A DNA stretch of 52,337 nucleotides, taken from the IMG/VR virus record IMGVR_UViG_3300035199_000755, positions 1 to 52,337 of that record. One strand, given 5' to 3'. This document shows, piece by piece, positions 37,921 to 47,543 of the stretch (within the stretch, counting starts at the first letter, position 1; every line of letters starts with the position of its first letter). The position numbers were made by a program, and so were the translations under genes. This DNA comes from a virus (lineage: Duplodnaviria > Caudoviricetes). The notes under the pieces were generated by a model. The model saw only the letters and a program-made list of their open reading frames with translations, did not search any database and was not told the DNA's origin.

Positions 37921-38205
37921 TTAATATACCCTACGAATCACTCTTCTCTTTAGTCTACCATTTTTGTAATGTCGGTGTACCGTTACACGACGTGGGCGGT
38001 GCTTAACACGTACAACATGCAAGCCCATACGATTACCTCGTCGATGGTTATAGACGTGATGGGAATGTGGCTGATAACAAGAAGTTGTATGGCAGTGATG
38101 CGGTCTATGAACTACCCTCTCATATCCTAGGTGGGCATGGCAGCCCGACATAAAAAATATGGAGCCACAAAATAAAATAAAAATAACGCTCTTTTTCATA
38201 ATCAT
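37921..38205 (-). CDS. His/Arg-rich putative lipoprotein
   Basis: MKK + hydrophobic core + MSGC lipobox-like site. Confidence 0.55.
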   Translation of the reverse strand: MIMKKSVIFILFCGSIFFMSGCHAHLGYERVVHRPHHCHTTSCYQPHSHHVYNHRRGNRMGLHVVRVKHRPRRVTVHRHYKNGRLKRRVIRRVY

Positions 38206-38591
38206 TCGTCCTCTTCATCGGTGTCTTCCGGCTCTGGCCTTATTTGAATAGGGACACTCGGCCAATTCCTGCACCGTGCTCTGTTAGTTACAACAACGGT
38301 AAAGTCTTCCAAACACATTGTTGTACAAACGCATGTTGCCCACCTTTCTATAAAAGATTCACCACAGTCTATGTATCTTACGTCGCCTTGATAGTCAGCA
38401 CCGGCACCACAAATTGGCTCTTTACACGTTGTTTCACAAAGAGTAAGTTTTTTTTGTAATTGTTTGTTCTGTTCAACTAAAAGGTCTACACTCTCTTTTA
38501 ACTGTAAACCTTCTTTTTTATGTTGTAAATAAAGTGTGATAGTGATAGAAATGATAGCAAAAACTACAACTGCTATGACCCTATTATTCAC
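38202..38591 (-). CDS. membrane-anchored Cys-rich coiled-coil protein
   Basis: N-terminal TM, coiled coil, multiple Cys; ATGA overlaps on both sides. Confidence 0.65.
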   Translation of the reverse strand: MNNRVIAVVVFAIISITITLYLQHKKEGLQLKESVDLLVEQNKQLQKKLTLCETTCKEPICGAGADYQGDVRYIDCGESFIERWATCVCTTMCLEDFTVVVTNRARCRNWPSVPIQIRPEPEDTDEEDE

Positions 38592-38815
38592 GCTATATAC
38601 ATCAAATCATCCGTATGAACGATATAATCCTCAAGGCTGTTTATAAAACGAACGGTTGCTGAATTGTTCTTAAACTTTAATACGATGCCATATTGACCAA
38701 AAAGATCGTTGTCGTAAAATGGGGCGTAGTATTTTATAGACTCCCGTGAAATCTGATTAAATATTGCTTGCTCTGATAACGTTCTTACCATATCGCCGGG
38801 ATTATACTGTACCAT
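38588..38815 (-). CDS. hypothetical protein (KOW/SH3-like)
   Basis: YNPGDMVR...YGIV...ATVRF; likely start MVQYN just after the RNR stop. Confidence 0.55.
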   Translation of the reverse strand: MVQYNPGDMVRTLSEQAIFNQISRESIKYYAPFYDNDLFGQYGIVLKFKNNSATVRFINSLEDYIVHTDDLMYIA

Positions 38816-38816
38816 T

Positions 38817-41255
38817 TTATGAACACTTACTCCATCCACACTTTAAACAAGAAACACAGCCGTCCATATACACAAGCTCCTCCTCACCGCAAGAAGAACA
38901 CATCTTATCAGAACACACAGCTTCTCCGTCTATAATATAACTTTTAAGTATTCTAGCGATACACTTAGCAAAACTAAACATATCACTGTCTCTATCTTTC
39001 TGTAGCTGTTCAACAAGAAAGCTGGGTTTGGCTCCGTGGCGTAACGCTAAAGAGATTAGGCGTGTAAACGCTGAATTATTGGGGTTATCAAATACTTTAA
39101 CAACGTCCTTGATTACGATTGTATCTCCGTTATATCCGAAGGATAGATCATAACGATTATTTTTGGTTTTAAACTGGTGTTTCGTTAAGCGACCCTTGAC
39201 GTATTTTTTCGGTATCTCTATCAGGTTTGCCTCGCCACCCAAGACTTCATATGGTTTTTCGCCCATCAAACCAACGAGAATGATCCATTTTTCTCCCTTT
39301 ATGGTGGTATGATGAATATCACACTTTAAATCCTGAGGGCGCGTAGGAGAAGTTGTTTGAGGAAAGCTTTCCTTTTTCCTCTCTGTTACTAGTACGCCTG
39401 TTCTTGAACCATCAACGTAGATCGTAACACCTTTTAACCCCAGCTTCCATCCCAACATATAAAGCTCTCCAACAACACTGGGTTCCGTACCGGCAGGAAG
39501 ATTAATCGTTGAACTTATGGCATGATCAATGTGCTTCTGAATCGTCGCCTGGATTTCTACTCTTCGCTTCCAGTCTATCTGATCGCTTGTAATAAAAAAA
39601 TCAGGAAGCTGAACATTACCATGGATATCAATCCAGTCTTGCACGTTGTGGTGATGAACAGTATACTCTACCCAACCGTCGCCAAGGTCATCAATAAAAT
39701 CAGGTACTACACCCGTTTCATTGTGATTTAACTTACGTCGACGAATGTAGCTGTTTCTAAATACCGGCTCAAGACCTGAGCTTGTCTGTGACATTATCGA
39801 CACAGATCCTGTTGGAGCGTTTGTCAAGATGGAGATATTTCTTCTTCCGTATACCTTCATCATATCACGTAATTTCTTGGGAAGACTATTAATAAAATTA
39901 TTGTCTTTCTCCTTGCTCCAATCAAAACACTCAAATGTCCCTCGCTCTCTGGCGAGTGCAACACTTTCTTCATACGCACTAATCTTTAGAGTCTCGTATA
40001 TCCTATCAATAACTTCCATCGCCGCATCTGAATCATATGCTAATTGCATGCACGCCAGGGTATCGGCGAGACCGTGAGTTCCCAGGCCGGTTCTGCGACC
40101 TTTTTTTGCTGCTACGAATAAATTCTTCCATAATGCTTGTTCATCTCGTGTGTCCGTTATCCTACAGATGCTTTCAAGTTTTTCAAGCTCAAGCTCAACA
40201 AGATCATCAGATAGTCTCATGGCTTTTTTAACAACGCTTTCGAACAACTGGAAATCAAAAGATGCCGTAGATTGGAAACGATCGTTAACAAAATTTTTAA
40301 GATTAATTGATATTAAACGACAACTATCATACGCTGACAACGGAATCTCGGCGCAGGGATTTGTTGAAACGGTTTTGAATCCGTCATCGATATAGCACTC
40401 AGCTGGTAAATTTTGAATTACATTATCCCACATTAAAATACCAGGTTCCGCCGTTTTTGTGGCTGAATCGACAATCAACGACCAAAGTTCATTTGCGTCG
40501 ATGACTTTTATAAACGTCGCTTCTGATTCATCAGCATCAACTGGAAACTTTAAAGTAAATGATTGCTTATTTTCAACCGCAGACATGAAACTATCATTTA
40601 TTTTTACAGATACATTTGCACCTGTGACTTTCGTTAAGTCATTCTTCATCGTAACGAATCTTTCTATGTCTGGATGACGAATATCCATCGTTATCATAAG
40701 AGCGCCTCGGCGGCCGTTTTGACCTATCATGCGACACACGTAGGAATAAAAATCTGCGAATGACCAGGCTCCTGTTGTTGTACCAGCAGAATTGCTAACA
40801 GGAGTATTGTCTGGTCGTAACGTTGAAATGTCCAGTCCGACACCACAGCGTCGTTTAAAAAGATTTGCAAGGTGTTTACCAGTATTCACAATCGAAGAAA
40901 TATTATCATCAGGAGATTCAACAACGACACAATTCGATAATGATACATTTACATAGTCATTACCTATTCCCATCATCGGAGAGCCTTGGGGAACTACATA
41001 TTTAAATTCTTTTAATAGATTAAAGATCTCTTCGTACTGTAAAGAGGAAGAACTATTGAAGTTACTGTCAAATTTTTTCTCTATTCTGGCAAACTCTTTG
41101 GCGAGTCGTTGATGCATTTCATGTGGGGTTTGCTCTACATATTCACCCGTTTTTTGTTTTAACGCATACTTGGTCACAAATACATTCGCTGCCAAGTCAT
41201 CACCATTAAAATATTTTATTGATTCATCATTAACTTGTTCCATTGTATAGACCAT
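38817..41255 (-). CDS. nrdJ: class II (adenosylcobalamin-dependent) ribonucleotide reductase
   Basis: SLSNC, GVGLDISTLRP, GRRGALM, TNPCAEIPL, APTGSVS, AISSTINLP, LKGVTIY, C-terminal TSCPD-like and CxxC zinc ribbon; no beta subunit adjacent. Confidence 0.9.
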   Translation of the reverse strand: MVYTMEQVNDESIKYFNGDDLAANVFVTKYALKQKTGEYVEQTPHEMHQRLAKEFARIEKKFDSNFNSSSSLQYEEIFNLLKEFKYVVPQGSPMMGIGNDYVNVSLSNCVVVESPDDNISSIVNTGKHLANLFKRRCGVGLDISTLRPDNTPVSNSAGTTTGAWSFADFYSYVCRMIGQNGRRGALMITMDIRHPDIERFVTMKNDLTKVTGANVSVKINDSFMSAVENKQSFTLKFPVDADESEATFIKVIDANELWSLIVDSATKTAEPGILMWDNVIQNLPAECYIDDGFKTVSTNPCAEIPLSAYDSCRLISINLKNFVNDRFQSTASFDFQLFESVVKKAMRLSDDLVELELEKLESICRITDTRDEQALWKNLFVAAKKGRRTGLGTHGLADTLACMQLAYDSDAAMEVIDRIYETLKISAYEESVALARERGTFECFDWSKEKDNNFINSLPKKLRDMMKVYGRRNISILTNAPTGSVSIMSQTSSGLEPVFRNSYIRRRKLNHNETGVVPDFIDDLGDGWVEYTVHHHNVQDWIDIHGNVQLPDFFITSDQIDWKRRVEIQATIQKHIDHAISSTINLPAGTEPSVVGELYMLGWKLGLKGVTIYVDGSRTGVLVTERKKESFPQTTSPTRPQDLKCDIHHTTIKGEKWIILVGLMGEKPYEVLGGEANLIEIPKKYVKGRLTKHQFKTKNNRYDLSFGYNGDTIVIKDVVKVFDNPNNSAFTRLISLALRHGAKPSFLVEQLQKDRDSDMFSFAKCIARILKSYIIDGEAVCSDKMCSSCGEEELVYMDGCVSCLKCGWSKCS

Positions 41256-41289
41256 ATTAAGCTCCTAGCGTACTTAAAAATTATGTTGC

Positions 41290-42699
41290 TTATCCAGCTT
41301 TTTCCTCAACTATACGAAGCAAATTTAAGTCTTTGTCTTTTCCCACTTGTTCCCACTTCGCTTTAAGTACTTGTTTTAAATCTTCATTTTGGCGGTTGCT
41401 TGATTCCTGTAGTGTCATTTCAGTATCTGTAACAAAAAATTTTGATTTCGATGTATCAATCCGCATATTAAAAACCAGACCGTCTCTTCCCGCTCGATTT
41501 TTTGCAATAAACAGACGAGCTGTACCAGATGCCTTTTCTACTGGTTTCCTGGATAAAGATAGAACGACGTCGGCGACCATGGCTTTTGCGTAAGCTTCAC
41601 TCATATTCTCCAGACCCACAATATCAGCAGATGATGCAGTTCTATTAGCCTGGGATGCACTCCAGATGGGGACATCAAGCTCCATCGCGAGATTACGGAG
41701 CTCTTCATAAATTAACTTCAGCTCGTGACGAAGAGAATCGTATCGTCTCGTTGATCGCATAATATCTGCGTAGTCTATGATTATTACATCTGGTATAAAT
41801 CCTTTCAATAACAACTTATCTATATGACCCTTTATCGTCATAATCGTGGCAGAGTTTGTGGGATATTCCTTTATAAACAATCTACCAAGCTGCATATTCT
41901 CATATTTTGCTTTTACAATATTTTTTGAATCAACAACGTCTGTACTGGAAATATCGCACAGGTTTGAATCGTATCTAATGCCCACAGACATCTCTGATAA
42001 CTCAAAAGTATAATGCAACACATTTTTACCCATTTTTAATGCATGGGCGCCCAAAGCAACCAGGAAATGACTCTTTCCGACACCCGTCGGTGCAGTAATT
42101 ATACCAATTTCACCGCGGCCTAAGCCACCGTTCAAAATGCTTCTATCATCTAATTTTCCTATCCCCGTAGGCACGGAATTCCTATTAATCTTAAGAAATC
42201 TAGCATCTATATCTTCCATGAAATCATGGCCCACCGATGCCACAGTACCCACCGTAAGAGCTTCTTTTATAACGCCTAATACATTATCCAACTTGTCGGT
42301 TGCGATAAGCTCTACGGCATTTTCTAGGGCATCCTTCAACGCTTGCTTCCTACAAAAGTCTAGACTTTTATCCTTAACATAATCTAAATCCCCCATATCG
42401 GGGTTTGTTTTAATTCTTGTCAGGTACTCAACTATTTGATCTCTTAATATAATATCATTTCCATCTCTTAAAGAATCACGAACAATTGTAACAAGTAATT
42501 GCATAGTAGGAAATGTATGGTATTTCTGATAATAAGAAAAATATTTCTCTGCAAGAAACTGAATATATTTTAGTTCAAAGAATTCTTTCCTTGCTACTTC
42601 TTGCATCTGGGCGGCCCACTTTTTATCGCATAAAAGAGCCTGCATAATTTTTTCTTGAAATGACTTTCCATATTCGGCGAATGTTGCTAACTCACTCAT
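41290..42699 (-). CDS. DnaB-like replicative helicase (T4 gp41 type)
   Basis: APTGVGKS Walker A, FELSE, IIIDYADIM, WSASQANR, AKNRAG. Confidence 0.93.
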   Translation of the reverse strand: MSELATFAEYGKSFQEKIMQALLCDKKWAAQMQEVARKEFFELKYIQFLAEKYFSYYQKYHTFPTMQLLVTIVRDSLRDGNDIILRDQIVEYLTRIKTNPDMGDLDYVKDKSLDFCRKQALKDALENAVELIATDKLDNVLGVIKEALTVGTVASVGHDFMEDIDARFLKINRNSVPTGIGKLDDRSILNGGLGRGEIGIITAPTGVGKSHFLVALGAHALKMGKNVLHYTFELSEMSVGIRYDSNLCDISSTDVVDSKNIVKAKYENMQLGRLFIKEYPTNSATIMTIKGHIDKLLLKGFIPDVIIIDYADIMRSTRRYDSLRHELKLIYEELRNLAMELDVPIWSASQANRTASSADIVGLENMSEAYAKAMVADVVLSLSRKPVEKASGTARLFIAKNRAGRDGLVFNMRIDTSKSKFFVTDTEMTLQESSNRQNEDLKQVLKAKWEQVGKDKDLNLLRIVEEKAG

Positions 42700-42703
42700 G
42701 AAT

Positions 42704-43648
42704 CTATCTGTTCTCCATGTGTATCATACTATAGAATAAAGAATCGACATTAACGTTTTGTATACCCAAGCTTATTAATTCTCGGATTACACCTACTTTA
42801 TTTTTTACGACGCTTGATTCATCCAAAACATAATCAATCTTTTTTATTTGTTCAGCCGAAAGAGGTTCTGTGTCTAAATACATCAAGCGCCAATTTCGTT
42901 TGATGATATCAATATTATCACAAACTTTTTTGTACAGCAGAATTTTACTTTTTTGACGCATGTCGGTAGCATGCGCAACCATCTCATCAATAGTTACGTC
43001 TCTATTTTCCACCAACATTGGAAATCGTTTCACTACAGTTTTAGGACCGGCTCCCTTTATCCCCGAAATATTATCGCTTGCATCACCACAAAATGTACGC
43101 AAAAGGCATACATTTCTGGGGGGTACTCCCATTTCTTTCTCCACGGCGGATTCTCCAATGATTATTTTACGATTTGGAGAAAACATCGAAACGTTATCAC
43201 ATACCAACTGATAAAAATCCCTGTCACTGCTTGCGATTACGCATTCATCACGCTGTAATCGATACTTTGTTAAGTAGGCTATCACATCATCTGCTTCACA
43301 GTTTGTAATGTATACTTGCCTAACGGGTAAAAGTTTTAGCACGTTTATCAACGATTGGATTTGCCATGATCTGTTTTCCATTGTATCTGGGATTTCATCG
43401 TAATACCTGTTGGGCTTTGGAGGTTTTCTACCTTTTTTATAATCTGGATAAATAGACCTACGGTAATTTGACCCCTGACTTTCCCATACTACTATTATTC
43501 TGTCTGGACAAAACTTACCTACAAGTGATCTTAGTTGATTTAAAAACCCGGTTACCCCGCCACACAAATCACCGTTAGTTGTCATTGATGGATTGGCAAT
43601 ATAGTTTCTGATAAAAAGATTTAATGCATCAATAATGACATATTTCAT
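42704..43648 (-). CDS. 5'-3' exonuclease / flap endonuclease (T4 RNase H-like)
   Basis: IIDALN, YPDYKKGR, EADDVIAY, SSDRDFYQL, GDASDNISGIKGAGPKT. Confidence 0.93.
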   Translation of the reverse strand: MKYVIIDALNLFIRNYIANPSMTTNGDLCGGVTGFLNQLRSLVGKFCPDRIIVVWESQGSNYRRSIYPDYKKGRKPPKPNRYYDEIPDTMENRSWQIQSLINVLKLLPVRQVYITNCEADDVIAYLTKYRLQRDECVIASSDRDFYQLVCDNVSMFSPNRKIIIGESAVEKEMGVPPRNVCLLRTFCGDASDNISGIKGAGPKTVVKRFPMLVENRDVTIDEMVAHATDMRQKSKILLYKKVCDNIDIIKRNWRLMYLDTEPLSAEQIKKIDYVLDESSVVKNKVGVIRELISLGIQNVNVDSLFYSMIHMENR

Positions 43649-44832
43649 CCACCTAACTCTTGCGTAGCTTCATTAATACTGTCACTCAGCGATCTAACAT
43701 CTTCATACGATTCAGGATCTATATCTGGCTCGGAAGCAAATTTCTTGATCATCATATCATCTATCAGTAGATTAATATAATTCGCATTGTTTGCATCATC
43801 TAAAATTGTATCGAAATCTGCTTTATAAAATTTCTTTTCTATAATAAGTTCGCCGGTTGTACTATCAACTACGGTAAATTTTTTCCATGCACCAGTACCT
43901 GAAACCTCTATAAGTTTGCCTGTTTGTTCTATTTCACCATGTTTTCTAAGCATGTCGAAAAGCTGTTCGTGTTCTTTGATTCCAACACCAAAGTGAATTT
44001 CAAAATCAACCTTTCTAAATGGTGGTGCAACTTTATTTTTGATCGTCTTGGCCCACACATTAATTCCGATAACATCACCGTCTTTGTTTTTAATAGGTTG
44101 CCCGGCCCCTAGTTTTAGTCTAACTGATGAATGAAAGGGGATTGCCTTACCACCCGGAGTTGTATCTGGATCCCCAAACATCACACCAATTTTAGTACGA
44201 ACTTGATTTAATATAAGAAAAAGTGTATTGGTATCACCGATAACCTGCGTAATTTTTCTCATACCCTTTGAAATAGCTCGAGCTTGTAAGCCTATACTAT
44301 CCTTGTCATAGTCCCCTAATAATTCAGCCTTCGGAGATGACGCGGCCACGCTATCCCATATTATCGTAATAGGAACATCCTTATTTAAAGCCTTTGCTTT
44401 TAAAATTGTTGACTGGGCAAATTTAAACACGTCCTCTGTACATGACGTCTCTATAAAAACAAACCTACTGCTAATATCAATCCCTAAAGCCTCTAAGTTT
44501 TCTACGCTTGTTGCATTTTCAGTATCGATATAAACAACAATACCACCCATCAACTGGGTCGATCTTGCAACCTGAATAGCTAAATGGGACTTTCCTATGC
44601 TAGGAGGACCAAAAATTTCTACGATTCTTCCCTCTGGAAGTCCACCGTGACTTCTATTGGACACAATGTAGTCTATTAATTTAGATCCTGTCGATATCCA
44701 GCGCTTTACATGCGTTGGCGAAGTATCTGTCGCAAGATTATACGCTATACGACTTCCGTGCTCTTTATTCAGGGCTGTAATTAAGTCAGAGGCAAAACAA
44801 TCTGCTTTGACTTTACCTTCGCTATTTTTCAT
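43645..44832 (-). CDS. recA: RecA/UvsX recombinase
   Basis: ISTGS, GRIVEIFGPPSIGKS, IDTENA, WDSVAA, NQVRTKIGVMFGDP.TTPGGKA, KNKVAPPFR. Confidence 0.95.
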   Translation of the reverse strand: MKNSEGKVKADCFASDLITALNKEHGSRIAYNLATDTSPTHVKRWISTGSKLIDYIVSNRSHGGLPEGRIVEIFGPPSIGKSHLAIQVARSTQLMGGIVVYIDTENATSVENLEALGIDISSRFVFIETSCTEDVFKFAQSTILKAKALNKDVPITIIWDSVAASSPKAELLGDYDKDSIGLQARAISKGMRKITQVIGDTNTLFLILNQVRTKIGVMFGDPDTTPGGKAIPFHSSVRLKLGAGQPIKNKDGDVIGINVWAKTIKNKVAPPFRKVDFEIHFGVGIKEHEQLFDMLRKHGEIEQTGKLIEVSGTGAWKKFTVVDSTTGELIIEKKFYKADFDTILDDANNANYINLLIDDMMIKKFASEPDIDPESYEDVRSLSDSINEATQELGG

Positions 44833-44842
44833 TTGTTGTCCG

Positions 44843-45613
44843 TTAACTTAACAAATCAGAAAAAGCCGAGTCAAGATCATCGTATGTCTTACCAGAAGTA
44901 TTACCTTCTTCACTCGTGGGTTGTTTTAATGCCTGCGTGTGTTCGGTGCCGTCATTATCAGATGCACCATTCAACCAGTCGTTTACGATTTTTTCAATTT
45001 CGTCATACGACTTTAATTTATAGATGTCATTAAGGTCTGGAACACCATCTATGTATTCCTTAATGGTATCTGGAGTTGATGCCAGCTGAGTTGCCTTGGG
45101 CTTTGGCATGACTTCCGTGGTTGGAAATGATCTATTCGGTAACTTTTGCATTGTTACAGTTAAATCATGGCCTTCGAGGGGGTCTGAAATGTCACCGTAA
45201 TCTGCATCGAGCAGAATATTTAACAAGCTTTGATACACCATTTTACCAAAGCCCCACCATCGTACACCCTTATCTTCTTCTCCACGTACAATTACACCTG
45301 CGTATGCTCGCATTTTAGGGTATAGCTTCTTAGCCGTTTCACGTGCAGTTGGAGTACCTTCCTCATGCAGTTTATTAATTAATTCCTGCACGGGGTCCGG
45401 TTTTCCAAACTGGTGGGGGGCTAAAATACCTGGATTATTTCCAATATTATAATAGAAATATCGTTCCTCGAAAGGTGTTCCATTAGCCGTGTTCAGTGGT
45501 AAAAGGCGAACGACGCTCTTACCAAGTGGGGGTTTCCAAAGGGAACTCGCTGAACGAGCTTTTCCCGATAGTTGATTTAATTTATTTTTAATTGCGTTAA
45601 GATCTAGTGCCAT
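44843..45613 (-). CDS. single-stranded DNA-binding protein (T4 gp32-like)
   Basis: WKP...VRLLP...PF, DPV, WGFGK.VY..L, YGDISDP.EG.D, acidic tail DDLDSAFSDLLS. Confidence 0.85.
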   Translation of the reverse strand: MALDLNAIKNKLNQLSGKARSASSLWKPPLGKSVVRLLPLNTANGTPFEERYFYYNIGNNPGILAPHQFGKPDPVQELINKLHEEGTPTARETAKKLYPKMRAYAGVIVRGEEDKGVRWWGFGKMVYQSLLNILLDADYGDISDPLEGHDLTVTMQKLPNRSFPTTEVMPKPKATQLASTPDTIKEYIDGVPDLNDIYKLKSYDEIEKIVNDWLNGASDNDGTEHTQALKQPTSEEGNTSGKTYDDLDSAFSDLLS

Positions 45614-45643
45614 TTTTCGGTCTCCTATTTAAAAGGTCATACA

Positions 45644-45672
45644 AATTTAACCCCTAAAATGAAGACTGTATA
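45644..45672 (-). promoter_or_regulatory. sigma70-like promoter TATACA-N17-TAAATT upstream of SSB
   Basis: Hexamers at 45667-45672 and 45644-45649. Confidence 0.4.
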
Positions 45673-45674
45673 AG

Positions 45675-46916
45675 CTAGATCTCATATACTGGCTTTGCGC
45701 CACCGAAAAACTTTGCCTGTGTTCTATAAAACTCTGGTGTTCTTGCTCGACCCATACCAAGGGGTAGCGAATATCCAGCGACGCTTCCCGCGACCGATTG
45801 CTCATCAACATCATCAAAGCTAGATTTTTTACTTGCTTTTTTCTTTTTCTTCTTTTTCTTTGATGATGCCTCAAGTTTAATGCTTGCCCTTACATAGTCT
45901 CGTAATGTGTGGGTATCAACACTTTCGTTTAAACCGTTTAACGACATAGCTTTATCATATGAATCTATCCTAATATTCGATAATAGTTTAAGGTAACCAT
46001 TACGACGTAAAACTTTGAATGCCAGGTTTTCCACAGAGTATTCTCCCCCTGCCTCCAAACCAGCTTTACGCATGCTACGTATACGATCTCTTAATTTCTC
46101 AGCCTGTTTATTAACATGCAGGTATCTTTTTTTATCATACGCCGACTTCAGTCTATCGATTCTTAACATAGTATCGATAGCTTTTTTCCTTATGCCCGTT
46201 TTATCGATAACAGGCTGATCACTTGACGGACTGTTTAACCACTTATCACGCTTAACGGAATACACCCCCGTACTGTGGTGGGGCTCTGACATATCTTGCA
46301 CATAGATTTCTACAGGATGATTCTTAATTAAAATACCGTGTGTCTGATTCCAATTCGAGCTTACCGCCTGAAAATAGGTTCTAAGAAGTTCTTTATCAAT
46401 ATCAATATCGTTAAAATCAATTAGAACGTGAAGATCAACATCACTATGGCTTGACCAGTTATAGTTTGCCAATGAGCCTGTTAGGGTAATATCGCGAACT
46501 TTACTTGCTGGAATTTCCAGCTTGGCTATAAAATCACCGACTATCTTCATTAGGCGTGCCCTAATAGAACTGTGCAATTCCTGCTTAGCTGTCCATATAT
46601 CGGAATGTAGTTCATCATGGAATCTCATACCGCTAATCGTTATATCGGAATCTTCCTCCGTCTCAGAAAGCTCTCCGAAAAGATCGGGGGCTAGTAAATG
46701 AGGATTTTTTAGAAAGCGGTTCGTTAACTTTTTATCCAGGACCTTCGCAGCTATTTTCATATCATCTGATACGACTTGCGACATTCGCCTAGAACCGTGG
46801 GAACCAACATTCGAAAATAAACTAGGAAACCCACCAATTCCCTGGTACTTAATCTTGTCCCCAAAGCTAACGGCTATATTTTTTGAAAACGGGGATCGGT
46901 TAGGGGCGTTATTCAT
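45675..46916 (-). CDS. Pol-beta-superfamily nucleotidyltransferase with N- and C-terminal extensions
   Basis: LTGSLANYNWS..SDVDLH...VEIYVQD...GVYS...ENLAFKVLRRNG; start probably ATG 46916. Confidence 0.8.
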   Translation of the reverse strand: MNNAPNRSPFSKNIAVSFGDKIKYQGIGGFPSLFSNVGSHGSRRMSQVVSDDMKIAAKVLDKKLTNRFLKNPHLLAPDLFGELSETEEDSDITISGMRFHDELHSDIWTAKQELHSSIRARLMKIVGDFIAKLEIPASKVRDITLTGSLANYNWSSHSDVDLHVLIDFNDIDIDKELLRTYFQAVSSNWNQTHGILIKNHPVEIYVQDMSEPHHSTGVYSVKRDKWLNSPSSDQPVIDKTGIRKKAIDTMLRIDRLKSAYDKKRYLHVNKQAEKLRDRIRSMRKAGLEAGGEYSVENLAFKVLRRNGYLKLLSNIRIDSYDKAMSLNGLNESVDTHTLRDYVRASIKLEASSKKKKKKKKASKKSSFDDVDEQSVAGSVAGYSLPLGMGRARTPEFYRTQAKFFGGAKPVYEI

Positions 46917-46952
46917 GATACTAAATATCACATAAGAAAGGTATTTACCCCG

Positions 46953-47543
46953 TCAACTACCCTTCTCCTGTTGACAAGCCATTCTATCAGCGTGATGGAC
47001 TAGGACGGCTAGCGTTGGCTCCTTCATCCTATAGGGTTTATTATCGTCGATGTACATACCGTCGTTTAAAAGAATGGACAAAAACTCATCCTCTGTTAAG
47101 TAAACACCGAAATGTTGAAAAAGAAACAATGCCCTGTGCGAAGTTGTCATATACTGCATAGACCTATTATGGGTATACATCATACCACGATCCCTATGCC
47201 AGTCACTCTGCTGATCAAGATAAAGATCCTCATCTACGGAACCAATCTTACCCCAGTCATGAAACAAGCCTGCTATTATCATAGACTCCTTAGAAATCTT
47301 ATCTTCGAAACCGTATGCTTTTACAAGTTTATTTAAGTTTGATAGAACACGAAGACTGTGGTCTATTAACCCACCTGGATGCGAGTTATGATATTCTGTA
47401 CGAGAAGAGGCGGGTGTCAATGCGGCTCTCTGCTCAAAATGGTCGAGCATTTTATTTACACCGTCCGTCCTATCTCCAAGCCTATTACAAAGTTGTCTAA
47501 ACCTATTCCAGTTTCCCTCTATTTTTTTTGCTTCATCATCCAT
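46953..47543 (-). CDS. HD-domain phosphohydrolase
   Basis: H...PGGLIDHSLRV, LFHDWGKIG, HHAD. Confidence 0.88.
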   Translation of the reverse strand: MDDEAKKIEGNWNRFRQLCNRLGDRTDGVNKMLDHFEQRAALTPASSRTEYHNSHPGGLIDHSLRVLSNLNKLVKAYGFEDKISKESMIIAGLFHDWGKIGSVDEDLYLDQQSDWHRDRGMMYTHNRSMQYMTTSHRALFLFQHFGVYLTEDEFLSILLNDGMYIDDNKPYRMKEPTLAVLVHHADRMACQQEKGS

